A DNA stretch of 63,344 bases, filler included, from Octopus bimaculoides (Eukaryota): the NCBI RefSeq assembly GCF_001194135.2. It is 4 parts of 4 records of this genome, joined end to end, with 100 filler letters (N's around TTAATTAATTAA, not from the genome) between each part and the next. Parts side by side here need not be neighbours in the genome. Positions count along the whole stretch, not along the records: positions 1 to 31,666 come from NC_069005.1; 3 more parts are not named here. One strand, written 5' to 3'. Below, in pieces: positions 13,210 to 24,802 of this stretch. The notes beneath the pieces are model-generated. The model saw only the letters and a list, made by a program, of their open reading frames with translations. It made no database searches and was not told the origin of the DNA. The translations under genes and the position numbers were made by a program. Numbering within the stretch: the first letter of the stretch is position 1; the number at the start of each line of letters is the position of its first letter.

Positions 13210-13315
13210 ATGTTGAAGTTTTCCACGACCCTTTTATTGTCATTGGTGTTAGAAACTGAAGCGTTTTACTTTAACTCTGAGCTTGATCCAGCAGTACATC
13301 AAAAGGGCCAAACAG
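13210..13315 (+). CDS. Exon 1 of stanniocalcin-like secreted protein (signal peptide)
   Basis: ATG at 13210 gives MLKFSTTLLLSLVLETEAFYFNSELDPAVHQKGQT: Lys, then a hydrophobic core, then a probable cleavage after TEA. The exon ends in phase 1 at G|GTTAGT, which matches the phase-1 start of exon 2. Confidence 0.8.
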
Positions 13316-13357
13316 GTTAGTGTTGTAGTGTGTCTGTTTATGTCTTTACCAATATTC

Positions 13358-13768
13358 TCTTTTACTCTTTTACTTGTTTCAGTCTTTTGACTGTGGCCGT
13401 GCTGGAGCACCGCCTTTAGTCGAGCAAATCGACCCCAGGACTTATTCTTTGGAAGCCTAGTACTTATTCTATCGGTCTCTTTTGCCGAACCGCTAAGTTA
13501 CGGGGACATAAACACACCAGCATCGGTTGTCAAGCGATGTTGGGGGCGACAAACACAGACATACAAACACATACACACATACATATATATATATACATAT
13601 ATACGACAGGCTTCTTTCAGTTTCCGTCTACCAAATCCACTCACAAGGCTTTGGTCGGCTCGAGGCTATAGTAGAAGACACTTGCCCAAGATGCCACGCA
13701 GTGGGACTGAACCCGGTACCATGTGGTTGGTAAGCAAGCTACTTACCACACAGCCACTCCTACGCCTA
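13358..13768 (-). mobile_element. Full-length CORE-type SINE, family C, in intron 1 of the stanniocalcin-like gene
   Basis: Minus strand: tRNA-like head AGGCGTAGGAGTGGCTGTGTGGTAAG...GGTTCAGTCCC, CORE-like CATCTTGGGCAAGTGTCTT, an internal TA/TG microsatellite and a 3' tail ...GACTGAAACAAGTAAAAGAG. Confidence 0.88.
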
Positions 13769-13889
13769 TATATATATACATATATATCCCATATTTTACA
13801 TATAATTGGCGCTGTGTTGTCGAGAGCTGGTGAAGGCATTCTATCCAAGAGCTCTCAATATTGACCAACAATATTTATTACTATAGTAG

Positions 13890-14130
13890 GTGAAGGCGCG
13901 TGCTTTAGTGGCTCGTGTGTTCGGCTCACGGTTGTAAGGTCGTGATTTCGATTCTCGGCGTCGCGTTGTGTCCTTGAGCATGACACTTTATTTCACGTTG
14001 CTCCAGTTCCACTCGGCTGGCAAAAATGACTCAATTTTGCCAACCTGTATTTCAAAGGGCCGGCTTTGTAAAACTCTGTGTCACGCTGAATCTCCCTGAG
14101 AACTACGTTAAAGGTACGCGTGTCTGTGGA
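13890..14130 (+). mobile_element. SINE variant: different head with CORE-like GTGTCCTTGAGCATGACAC, plus a family-A 3' body
   Basis: Distal part TTCAAAGGGCCGGC...TGTCACGCTGAATCTCCCTGAGAACTACGTTAAAGGTACGCGTGTCTGTGGA matches family A; the middle part does not. Confidence 0.75.
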
Positions 14131-14236
14131 CACACTGTCATTTAAATAACTCAGGAGTAGATGCAACAATCAACGGCCCAACAATTATTTTGTTTTCAAA
14201 TTTGTTGATTTTTATCTCAGATTTATCTGCTACGCC

Positions 14237-14273
14237 GTGGAGGCGTAAGCGACGGAGTGCCAACAAAACAACA
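14237..14273 (+). mobile_element. 37-bp internally deleted family-A SINE with 12-bp target-site duplication
   Basis: ATCTGCTACGCC | GTGGAGGCG + TAAGCGACGGAGTGCCAACAAAACAACA | ATCTGCTACGCC. These are the exact 5' and 3' termini of family A. Confidence 0.85.
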
Positions 14274-15002
14274 ATCTGCTACGCCATTGTTACATCCAAA
14301 ATGAAGCATTCTCTACTTATCTATCCAGTTCCCTGATCACTACAACCTTCCTTATGTTGAATGCCAATATAGGTAAGACATTCTTGATATAGTACCAAAC
14401 CAATGATCTCCTACCTTACGCAGCCATCACAACTCATGCATTACACTTATCTTCATGTTTCTGATACACGAGGCATTGTATTTCACGTGTCTACAACGTA
14501 TTGGCTCTTCTTAATATGATCTTTTGTCAGTCCTGTACATCACATATGATACACAGCACATATATCTCCTTGGTGCACTTACATTATATATGATATACAT
14601 TCCCATTTTTTCAACCACCAGATTAACTTGGGACATACGAAAGAAGAGTGTTATATTACTCAGAATGTATTAAATAAAGGTTAATTAAACGTATGAAAAC
14701 GAACATGGGTGTTTAGAAGAAACTTATGAAAATGATTATGACAGGCAAAGGGTTAAGCATAGCCAACTAACAATCAAATTCTTGTAAAGTTACACAGTCA
14801 CATGAAACTGCTGTTGTGTCCTTATTACATTAAGATTAGGCAACATGTCAGTAATTAATACCGTTCAGAAGTTTGAATTTCTGCTTCTTCATACGTTGAT
14901 GGCTCTCGTTATTTCTCGTATTCATTTTCATAAACCATCGGGTGCACGTTATCGTTGATTCAGATCTCATTGATAACGTTTCTCATTGATAACATTTCAC
15001 TG

Positions 15003-15545
15003 CTGTTCCATTGGACACTTTGCAACAAGTATGGACTTGTCAGAGCAAAAAAGTAGTACAAATATAAACTCGAAGGCATCATTGAAAATGATTATGCAAA
15101 GATCCTATGGGATTTTATGATTCAGTGCGACCATGAGATAGAGAATAAGAAACCAGACATAGTGTTAATTGAGAAAGAAAGCAAACGATGCTGGATCATA
15201 GATATAACATACCCAGCTGACAAGGTATGTCATAAGCAAGAAAGAAAAGTCGATAGATATGAGAGGTTAGTTTGGTAGGTTAAGCAGTTGTGGTCTCTGA
15301 AAAAGGTGGTAGTAGTACCAATAATTGTCGGAGCCCTGGGAACAGTGAGCAAAAATCTCGAGAAGTGCATGGAACAAATAGGGGTTGCAATAAGGGTGGA
15401 GCACTTGCAGAAAACAGCGCTGCTTGGAACCGCTCGAATACTCCGGAAGGTGCTCGAAAAAATAAGAGGTGTTACCTTAGTTCACTGGTAGTGAACAGCT
15501 GACATCGTAATACATCTCCAACGCTAGGAGTTGTGCAAAGACAAT
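15003..15545 (+). mobile_element. 3' end of an R4/Dong-like non-LTR retrotransposon (restriction-like endonuclease domain)
   Basis: KILWDFMIQCDHEIENKKPDIVLIEK...IIDI...VPIIVGALGTV...LQKTALLGTARILRKVLE, followed by a short 3' UTR and an (ACA/TAA)n tract. Confidence 0.85.
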
Positions 15546-15549
15546 AAAA

Positions 15550-15608
15550 TAACAACAACAACAACAACAATAATAATGATAATAATAATAATAATAATAA
15601 TGATACCT

Positions 15609-15652
<44 letters not shown>

Positions 15653-15668
15653 GCTGCTACTACTACTG
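15550..15668 (+). repeat. (ACA/TAA)n plus (TAC)n microsatellite
   Basis: Direct inspection. Confidence 0.95.
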
Positions 15669-16057
15669 ATACTTAACTGATTGGAAGTGTTATCATGTAC
15701 ATGTTTTGTCTAGGTGTAAAACATGGGCCACAGCAAATATTCTGCTCAGTACCACAGATTTGCTCGTCTGTCACTTGTCCTCAACCAGTAGAGTGTGTCC
15801 TTTAGTGGCTGATGAAATGTGCGTCTCTGCATCATAGCCCATATCTTGAGACGAATTATTTGGGGTTTGAATTGGTTAGCTCTGGAAACATGGGTGTTTG
15901 GTTCATTATCCTTAAACAAACCTTACTCAGTGACCTTTTGAGTGGGATGAGCTACTCAACCTGAAGAAAATTCTAACTGGGCCCCCACCTGCGAGGTCAT
16001 GAACTGTTTATATTTGTACCGCAGTGTCACTTTGATGACATGCACTGCTTTCTCACT

Positions 16058-16290
<233 letters not shown>

Positions 16291-16292
16291 AT

Positions 16293-16390
16293 AATCCTTT
16301 CTATTATAGGCACAAGGCCTGAAATTTTTTACGTCGACCCCAGGGTTTTACTGATACTTATTCAATCGACTCCGAAAGAATGAGAGGCAA
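16293..16390 (-). mobile_element. SINE family B 3' fragment
   Basis: AATCCTTTCTATTATAGGCACAAGGCCTGAAATTT...GACTCCGAAAGAATGAGAGGCAA. Confidence 0.6.
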
Positions 16391-16448
16391 TTAACAGCAA
16401 TAGAAATTCGATGTACTTGAGGGAGTTCATCACCAAGATCTTACATAC

Positions 16449-16692
16449 AGGATTGTCACGCTTGGAATGCCTTTGATCACAGACCTTCTCGATCAAGGCT
16501 TACTTACTGCTTGCCCTGCTAGTATTAGCAACCATATCTCTGTCGAATTACAGCTTGCCATCTTCAACCTCACCTCAAAATAAAAATAAACGAAAAGCAC
16601 ATATTACAAAATGTAGTGTTATATATCTAAAAAACGACAGGATGGTCACGGCTAGAATATCTTTGATAATATGTATAACTGATCGGGGCTTA
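16449..16692 (+). repeat. Unclassified ~240-bp interspersed repeat with terminal direct repeats (second copy at 30965-31201)
   Basis: AGGAT(T/G)GTCACG..TGGAATGCCTTTGATC occurs at both ends of each copy, and the internal GCTAGTATTAGC motif is shared. Confidence 0.6.
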
Positions 16693-16698
16693 GTTATG

Positions 16699-16994
16699 AT
16701 TGTTAGCACTCCGTCGCATACGACGTCGAGGGTTCCAGTTGATCCGATTAGCGGAACAGCCTGCTCGTGAAATTAACGTGCAAGTGGCTGAGCACTCCAC
16801 AGACACGTGTACCCTTAACGTAGTTCTCGGGGATATTCAGCGTGACACAGTGTGACAAGTCTGATCCTTTGAATTACAGGTACAACAGAAACAGGAAGTA
16901 AGAGTGAGAGAAAGTTGTGGTGGAAGAGTACAGCAGGGTTCGCCACCATCCCCTGCCAGAGCCTCGTGGAGCTTTAGGTGTTTTCGCTCAAGAA
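16699..16994 (-). mobile_element. SINE family A (head lost in gap)
   Basis: Matches 1-260 and 19044-19335 almost base for base. Confidence 0.9.
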
Positions 16995-17490
16995 NNNNNN
17001 NNNNNNNNNNNNNNNNNNNNNNNNNNNNNNNNNNNNNNNNNNNNNNNNNNNNNNNNNNNNNNNNNNNNNNNNNNNNNNNNNNNNNNNNNNNNNNNNNNNN
17101 NNNNNNNNNNNNNNNNNNNNNNNNNNNNNNNNNNNNNNNNNNNNNNNNNNNNNNNNNNNNNNNNNNNNNNNNNNNNNNNNNNNNNNNNNNNNNNNNNNNN
17201 NNNNNNNNNNNNNNNNNNNNNNNNNNNNNNNNNNNNNNNNNNNNNNNNNNNNNNNNNNNNNNNNNNNNNNNNNNNNNNNNNNNNNNNNNNNNNNNNNNNN
17301 NNNNNNNNNNNNNNNNNNNNNNNNNNNNNNNNNNNNNNNNNNNNNNNNNNNNNNNNNNNNNNNNNNNNNNNNNNNNNNNNNNNNNNNNNNNNNNNNNNNN
17401 NNNNNNNNNNNNNNNNNNNNNNNNNNNNNNNNNNNNNNNNNNNNNNNNNNNNNNNNNNNNNNNNNNNNNNNNTCTTTTCTTTATTTTCAG

Positions 17491-17648
17491 CGGTCACGAA
17501 ACAATGTCTTCGATTCAGTAGGAATTTAGACTGCAGATTCTATAATTGTTTGAATGCCAGATTCCCCTGTGGTGCAGAACATTTGCCGAGGAACAACCCG
17601 CGTGTTCATTGTCTTAAAGCCAAGAGAACATACCGTTTGAATGACGTA
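17491..17648 (+). CDS. Exon 2 of stanniocalcin-like protein
   Basis: Acceptor TCTTTTCTTTATTTTCAG and donor GTAAGT; 158 nt, phase 1 to phase 0. Encodes (A)VTKQCLRFSRNLDCRFYNCLNARFPCGAEHLPRNNPRVHCLKAKRTYRLNDV with 5 Cys. Confidence 0.9.
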
Positions 17649-17743
17649 GTAAGTACCACCTCTGATCGGAACCGCGCGTGGGAAATACATAGCAAGAAAA
17701 ACAGTAAGAAAAATAGAGAGTGAGAGAGAGGGAGAGGGAAAGA

Positions 17744-17778
<35 letters not shown>

Positions 17779-18730
17779 TGGAGGGTGGCTTAAAAACATA
17801 GTATGAAGGAGAGAGAAGCATGTTTAGCTATTTAATATTTTTACTCGTTTTATACTTTGACAACTACTTACCTGGTGTTTTACTTGGTTCGATGTTTTGG
17901 CAACCATACTGCGTTTGCCAGTGAAGTACTTTAGGGCAATAATTTCTGTATATTCCACCGACAGTAAAGAGGAAACAGAAGTGCATAGCGATTGGAAAGT
18001 AGCTGCTTATTGTGCGATTAGGGATTCACCCCCACTGTCTAGATTGCGCTATAAAGATCTCGTTTCTTTTATTCATTTCCATGTTCTCTTTCTCACAACT
18101 TCAACACAGACAGACAGATACACACACACAAACAAAAAACGCAAACAAGACAAATATTAATGCATATAAGCGTATATACATGCACATATACGTACATACG
18201 AGCATATTAATACAAGTTGGTTTTAAAATTTCAGCAACTCTTTTTTACTACAAAAAAATAACCTCTAAAACGAGGTCGGGTGGCAGAAATTTGAGGTCTT
18301 TAGGTAAGGGAGGCAACTCTACCTCCACGATGTTAACGTCTTGAATAGAGAAAATGTTTAAAATACATGGGGATTTACTAGGGGATGAAACTAGGGCTGT
18401 GTTTTTGCCGGTAGGCTGCGATTTGGCGCAGTGGAAATTACTCCCTCAAAGCATCGGGTGTTCCATTCACGACACACTCACACACACAAACACACATACA
18501 CACACACACGCACACACATGCACACACACATATATAAATATATATACTTTTCCATCATTAGCTCTAGTTTTCTAATGGTTGTTCCATACATATTCGGGAT
18601 GTAACAAACATTTAATAAGATCATTAATAAAGAGATTATTATTCTGAATAAATTATTATCGCTCGTCAACAGAGCAATTCTTCAAAACACAATTTTGTTT
18701 TCTTCTACTGTCAATTGTTAAACTTCACAG

Positions 18731-18957
18731 GGTATGATCTGGATAAAGAGTATCATGAATTGTGTCGTGGGACAGCTGACAAAAATCTACAGATCTCAGT
18801 TAGTGAACTGTAATATAATACGCAGGAACATTTTCAGAATACAAAAGAGTTGTTACACGGCTAATGATTTCTGCGAGGTCGGCTGGAAGCACCGCGCCGA
18901 ATTGTGGAACATGTTCAAGGAACCTATCACTAGAACCAAATCAGACCATTATAAAAG
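18731..18957 (+). CDS. Exon 3 of stanniocalcin-like protein
   Basis: Acceptor ...AACTTCACAG and donor AG|GTAAGT; 227 nt, phase 0 to phase 2. Encodes GMIWIKSIMNCVVGQLTKIYRSQLVNCNIIRRNIFRIQKSCYTANDFCEVGWKHRAELWNMFKEPITRTKSDHYK(R). The G..W/F.K...C, CY and C motifs align with the stanniocalcin core. Confidence 0.9.
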
Positions 18958-19043
18958 GTAAGTACTTGTTGTTGTTGACGTTTTTGTTCATGGTGGTGGT
19001 GGTGGTGGTGGCGGTTTTGGTGATGGTGGTGGTAGTAGTGATG

Positions 19044-19415
19044 TGTTGGCACTCCGTCGCTTACGATGTCGAGGGTTCCAGTTGATCCGATCAACGGAAC
19101 AGCCTGCTCGTGAAATTAACGTGCAAGTGGCTGAGTACTCCACAGATACGTGTACCCTTAACGTAGTTGTCGGGGATATTCAGCGTGACACAGTGTGACA
19201 AGGCTGACCCTTTGAAATACAGGCACAACAGAGACAGGAAGAAAGAGTGAGAGAAATTGTGGTGAAACAGTACAGCAGGGTTCGCCACCATCCCCTGCCG
19301 GAGCCTCGTGGAGCTTAAGGTGTTTTCGCTCAATAAACACGCCCGGTCTGGGAATCGAAACCGCGATCCTATGACCGCGAGTCCGCTGCCCTAACCACTG
19401 GGCCATTGCGCCTCC
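19044..19415 (-). mobile_element. Full-length SINE family A in intron 3
   Basis: Complete copy flanked by a TSD with one mismatch, TAGTAGTGATG / TAGTAGTAATG. Confidence 0.92.
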
Positions 19416-19869
19416 TAGTAGTAATGATGGTGATGGTAATGGTGATGCGTGTAGTGGTAATGGTAGTGGCGGTTAGGGTGGTGGTGGCGATGACGATGAT
19501 GACGATGGTGGTGGTAGTTGTGATGATGGTGTGTGATGGTAATAATGATAGAGGTGGTGATGATGATGGATGACAGGATATATCACGCTTCCGTCTAGCC
19601 AAGTGGTTCTCAATTATTTTTTTATTTATGAACCCCTTTGACTAATATTTTATTCTGGTAGACCCCCATAGCCATTCGATGTTTTATAGAACCTTCTTTC
19701 AAAATTCCTATTTTGTTTTTCACACATTAACTTGTGCAGTTTCAACTTGTTTATTGACTTTTTAAACTAAAACGTCAAGAAATGGGAGTTTCTCTTTGTT
19801 GTATTCCATTGTAAATTGTATGTTAGTATTTATACCATTGAGCAGTATTTTAAGTTCGAAGAGTGTATC

Positions 19870-20810
19870 AATACTTTCATTCCAAAGGATAAAGAAGCCT
19901 CCTAAATATCTTTTCCAGTTCTAAAATAAGTATCCATAATTTGTTCGTGATACGTAATATACAGTCAATTCTAAATACCCCATTACTAGGTTTGCATGAA
20001 ATGGGGCTACTTTTTACCCCATCGCAATTCCACATTTTTGTTGGTAGTAATGGCATCATACAAGAAATAATGGTTCTGGAGGATAAGTTTTAATCAATTA
20101 TAAGTTCCTCTTTGATGCGTCCTGGTAGTTTGGGATAGTTTTCAAACGGGATTCGTTGCTTCTATTCCATAGTCATATGGAATATTAGTATAGAGGTTCA
20201 GAACATCGAAGGTACATGACTGTCTCTTCTTTCGTAGTGTTTGGGAGGTAGTTTAGCGTATCTAGATGGTCTCTAAGGAAGTGCTTGTATATATATCGAA
20301 AGGGGTTTCAGTAGGATATCAAGAAAGTTACTTAAGCGGTGTCATTTCGTTGTGGATAAGCCCTCTAAATCTCACCAAACGTAGATCATTGTTTTGAGTG
20401 GATGCAGCTCTGGCTTGGTTCAGTTTGTTGCTTGCTTATCAGGACTCAACTATTCTTTTCTCTGCTTTATATTGGCGTAAATCAATATAAATTGCCGGTG
20501 ACGATGCAGTAAAGAAATCTCTGGTGTCCAGCGATCCAACTGGTGATAAATGACCACTAGATTTCTCTTTCGTTTAGAGTGTGTGACACCCATGTGCTGA
20601 GTTTTTGACCCTGCCCATCGAGTGAAGGCTACGGGCTACGGGCTACGATATTATAAGAGCATCCCATCTGCTGGTCCAATTTCTTAGTGGATTGGTGCGG
20701 ATCCTTGTGAATGAACTCATTCAATCGAGCCTCGCTGAAGTGAGCTGGTCAGCTGGAATGTGGATAATCTGTGAGTTTGAATTTTCTCAGATAAATTTTC
20801 TAGAATAAAT
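19870..20810 (-). mobile_element. Penelope-like element, reverse-transcriptase remnant
   Basis: Minus-strand pieces LSNFLDILLKP, TFDVLNLYTNIPYDYGIEA, YYQQKCGIAMG.KVAP..ANLVMGYLE match the PLE RT motifs (FDV..LYTNIP; G.AMG...AP..AN). Confidence 0.85.
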
Positions 20811-20984
20811 AGCTAAATCTCTCTCTGTACCACTCTAAACAATTTTTTAAAAAAAAGGACACAATAAAGTACTGGAAATCTCGATGGGTGCGTGGGTGGA
20901 TATTATCTCTGAAAAAAGATACGTGATGGCTATCAGTGGAACGTCATTTATCCCAGACCTGCTCGTTCAAGATGAAGTAGAGAC

Positions 20985-21206
20985 TACGATGCGGTGATGA
21001 AAAGTTCCTGGCCTTAAGGGTATCGCGAAAGGCCTAGTTGGATGCCCAACCTCCCCGAGTTCTTTTTCAGGCCTTAGAAAAACTGAAGGACTGCTGCAAT
21101 AAGTGTGTGAATCTGAGAGGGGAATATGTTGAATAAAATCATAATTAAGTGATGCTCCTCTATTTTCTTTTACCCAAAGCCAAAAACTTTTCAGCACGCC
21201 CTCGTA
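20985..21206. mobile_element. mariner-derived MITE (~220 bp)
   Basis: Imperfect TIRs TACGATGCGGTGATGAAAAGTTCCTGG / CCAAAAACTTTTCAGCACGCCCTCGTA with TA ends. The internal part encodes a mariner C-terminus (CNKCVNLRGEYVE*). Confidence 0.8.
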
Positions 21207-21313
21207 AATTCCACCACCACCACCACCACCACCACCACCACCACCAATAGCAACAAACTTTGCTGTGTATGTGCGGTTGGGATAAAACATTAATATTTTT
21301 CTTTGAATTGTAG

Positions 21314-21413
21314 GTTATGGTTAAATCTTGGCAGAATATCTTCAAAATGCAACTCGAAAAGCTCTCCTGCATTAACAAGATGGATCTACTCCCAGTTGAA
21401 ATTAAATAGTTAG
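21314..21413 (+). CDS. Exon 4 (terminal) of stanniocalcin-like protein
   Basis: Acceptor TATTTTTCTTTGAATTGTAG with a phase-2 start that matches exon 3. Encodes (R)LWLNLGRISSKCNSKSSPALTRWIYSQLKLNS* and supplies the 10th Cys. Total CDS is 591 nt = 196 aa plus stop. Confidence 0.75.
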
Positions 21414-21512
21414 GAATCATGTATCAAGTTGGTTAACGTCTCAGATTTTTGATTTAATTATTGAGGCGGTGATGCCAGTAATAATAATGATAATAATAAC
21501 AACAATAACAAT

Positions 21513-21576
21513 AATAAAAATAACAATGATAAATATGATGTTGATAATAATGATAATAATAATAACGAACAATAAA
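21513..21576 (+). promoter_or_regulatory. Candidate polyadenylation signals of the stanniocalcin-like gene
   Basis: AATAAA at 21513 and 21571, 100-160 nt after the stop codon. The context is AT-rich, so chance occurrence is possible. Confidence 0.25.
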
Positions 21577-23542
21577 TGTGCAGTTTGATTAGTGCAGTCC
21601 ATGCATTTAATCCTATGCACATAGGTACATCCAGTATACACAGACAAGCATGCATAGTCTTACATGCATACATGCATACATATACACATTCGTATTCCTG
21701 TGTTCAAATATACATGCATAAATATGCACACACACACACATNNNNNNNNNNNNNNNNNNNNNNNNNNNNNNNNNNNNNNNNNNNNNNNNNNNNNNNNNNN
21801 NNNNNNNNNNNNNNNNNNNNNNNNNNNNNNATATATATATATATATATATATATATAAAGACATATACAAATATACACGTGAAAAGTATTTATGTTATTT
21901 GTAATCGAGTTTTTACCAATAAATGTTTCTATATCCTGTGACAAATAAAACTGGATATTATTTCTCACAAATCATTATTGTTTGTATTTTGTTACTATTA
22001 TTTAACCCCAAGTCAACCCTGAGGCAGTGCACCAGTGCCGATCTTCACACCATTTGAACTTAAGACGCAAAGCAAAATGAAAAAATTAAGCCCTTTTTCC
22101 CCCAGCGTGTTAAAATATCTGCCAGGTCGTCTTTCTGCTTTGTACGCATACATTTATGCAACTCAATTAATTTTGGAAAATAATTAAGTATTTAAATTGA
22201 GTTAGTGAAATAGCTAATTTTAATATAATGCAGACTGAAACTGTAAGCATATCAACAAAACTAAACTAAAACATTGGAAGCGAGAAAGTGTTTCGTGTCT
22301 TCTAATTATTTACGGTCATTTGAATACAGTATAACAGTCTTGTTTATGAATAATTAAGGCCATCAGCTTTTGTTAGATTCATTGGCTGACCAGACCAAGA
22401 TGGTGAAACAGCAGTGTCCTAGAATCGAAAGTGTTATAATCATATATTCGTCGTAAAGAAGTTTTTCTCTTCTAATGAAACAAAACAGTGATTCGCATAA
22501 TCACGTTCGAATCTGCCAGAACCTATTAAGAAGAAATATGCAAGTCATCGTTTTGATTCTCGTTGTTTACCGTGCATACAATGGTTTATTATCGGTTGGT
22601 AGGTGTTAGCACGGCTCTTGTTAGATTCATTAGTGCAGGGGTGCTTTTGGTTAATGAGACACCATTGTTGAATCACCGGTTGTCTCAGAATCTCTTGTGC
22701 TAATGAATCGAGTGTTATGAATAAATGTTCGTTGCGAAGGAGAAACTGACCGCAATATGATGAAACAACAGCCATTGGCATATTGACGTTCGAACTTGCC
22801 GGAATGTATTAAAATAAATATGCGTACCATCGTAAACTGCCATTTTCATCAGTAAGCACAATGAAGTATCACTGATTTTAAAACCAGTGCATATGTATTT
22901 ATGTATGTATGTAAGAGTGTGTGTGTGTATGCATGTTACCTATATAGTAGTTATATGGTAGTTATATAAACTGTGCAACTTTTAGATAATTCTCCTTAAA
23001 ATGAGAAAATGAACAGCCTTAATCGATTTTCGAACCCAATCATGTTCTCATCAGAAGTGTCTATATCGATTTGACCGATTCCAGAAAACAAGCAGCCAAT
23101 CTTTTTATATACTCAACAAAGTCAGAAACTACATATATATTGTGTTCTTTAATACAGCACATCTATAAGATGTTTTATCTTGGTCGAAAACAGCAGTATC
23201 TTCTCTGTGAACGGTATCTCTATGCTAAGTACGATATACACTCGGTTTTGTTAAATTTAATGTTGTTTAATTGCAGACACCGAGATAGAAAATGTGAAAG
23301 AACACAGATCCTCCAAACAAATGACACTAAACTCATGTTTCCCATTGGTAACATTGAAAACATGAAATTTCATAGCATTGACGGTTACATTAGAGAAGTT
23401 TATCACAAATTTCTCCAAACGTATAAACGTTCTAGAAAAGGTTCCTGAAGTGTAAGCTTCTCATTGCAAATTCTGTTTCCTTTATCGAATAAAGAAGTAA
23501 ATTGTTAATTATTGTTGTTTTAATCATTTATACTTATTGACT

Positions 23543-23930
23543 GTGGAGGCGCAATGGCCCAGTGGTTAAGGCAGCGGACTCGCGGTCATAGGATCGCGGT
23601 TTCGGTTCCCAGACCGGGCGTTGTGAGTGTTTATTGAGCGAAAACACCTAAAGCTCCACAAGGCTCTGGCAGGGGATGGTGGCGAACCCTGCTGTACTGT
23701 TTCCCCACAACTTTCTCTCACTCTTACTTCCTGTTTCTGTTGTGCCTGTAATTCAAAGGGTCAGCCTTATCACACTCTGTTACACTGAATATCTTCGAGA
23801 ACTACGTTGAGGGTACACGTGTCTGTGGAGTGCTCAGCCACTTGCACGTTAATTTCACGAGCAGGCTGTTCCGTTGATCGGATCAACTGGAACCCTCGTC
23901 GTCGTAAGCGACGGAGTGCCAACAACAACA
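23543..23930 (+). mobile_element. Full-length tRNA-derived SINE, family A (388 bp)
   Basis: A-box TGGCCCAGTGG, B-box-like GTTTCGGTTCCC, (AAC)n tail and a perfect 11-bp TSD ACTTATTGACT. Confidence 0.95.
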
Positions 23931-24449
23931 ACTTATTGACTAAAACAAACATTTTCATTTACATTGTTTTTGATTTAACCTTTTGCGGGTTCAATGCATT
24001 TTCATTGGTTTGTCCTAAATGTCCAAGCTTGTTTACAGATTTTTAGTTAGTCCTTGTTTCATAGGTTTTGAGTGTTATAAAGCTTTACTTTCATAAGTCC
24101 CAAATTAACTGATCGTTGAAAAAAACAAACAAACAAAAAACAACAAAAAAAAAAGAAACAAAAAGAAACTCGTAATGTGTACCAAGTAAGATACACGAAC
24201 ACCAGGGAAATAGGTCTTATGTATGGTGTGATACACAGGTCAGGCAAAGTATAGGTTAATGTACAACGTGTGAGAAGATATTTTGATTTACATTAATGCA
24301 TATACGTTCTGAAAGGAAAACAAATTTGGTATCACTTCTCAATGTATTTGTTGGTAGGTTGCTTAACTTCAACCAGCCTTGCTCAAATTGGCCTACAGTG
24401 AGTATTCTTTACTCCACCCCGTTCCCACAAATCCTGAGGAGCGAAGGAG

Positions 24450-24537
24450 GCGAGAGAGAGAGAGAGAGAGAGAAATAAGAGAGGATAGAAAGAAGAGAGA
24501 GAAGGAGAAACGAGAGAAAAACAACAAGAAAGAGAAG

Positions 24538-24579
<42 letters not shown>

Positions 24580-24650
24580 GAGAGAAGAAGAAGAAGAAGA
24601 AGAAGAAGAAGAAGAAGAAGAAGAAGAAGAAGAAGAAGAAGAAGAGAGAT
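24450..24650 (+). repeat. (GA)n/(GAA)n microsatellite
   Basis: Direct inspection. Confidence 0.95.
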
Positions 24651-24802
24651 ATACATCTCATCTAGAAAACTACACTTCGACTGCTCTTGATGGAAAAACG
24701 TCGAGTGTGCCACACCAATGGCACACTCATAAACATGAACATATATGCTCACTTATGCACACACAGATGTGCGCACAAATAAACTCATGCAAACCAATCC
24801 AG

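Noticed and set aside
23277-23448. Alternative phase-2 terminal exon for the stanniocalcin-like gene
   Set aside because: Exon 21314-21413 is nearer, has a stronger pyrimidine tract and places the 10th Cys at stanniocalcin-like spacing. Kept only as a fallback.
23543-23620. tRNA gene
   Set aside because: A/B boxes are present but continue into a SINE body with TSD and no acceptor stem closure; it is a SINE head.
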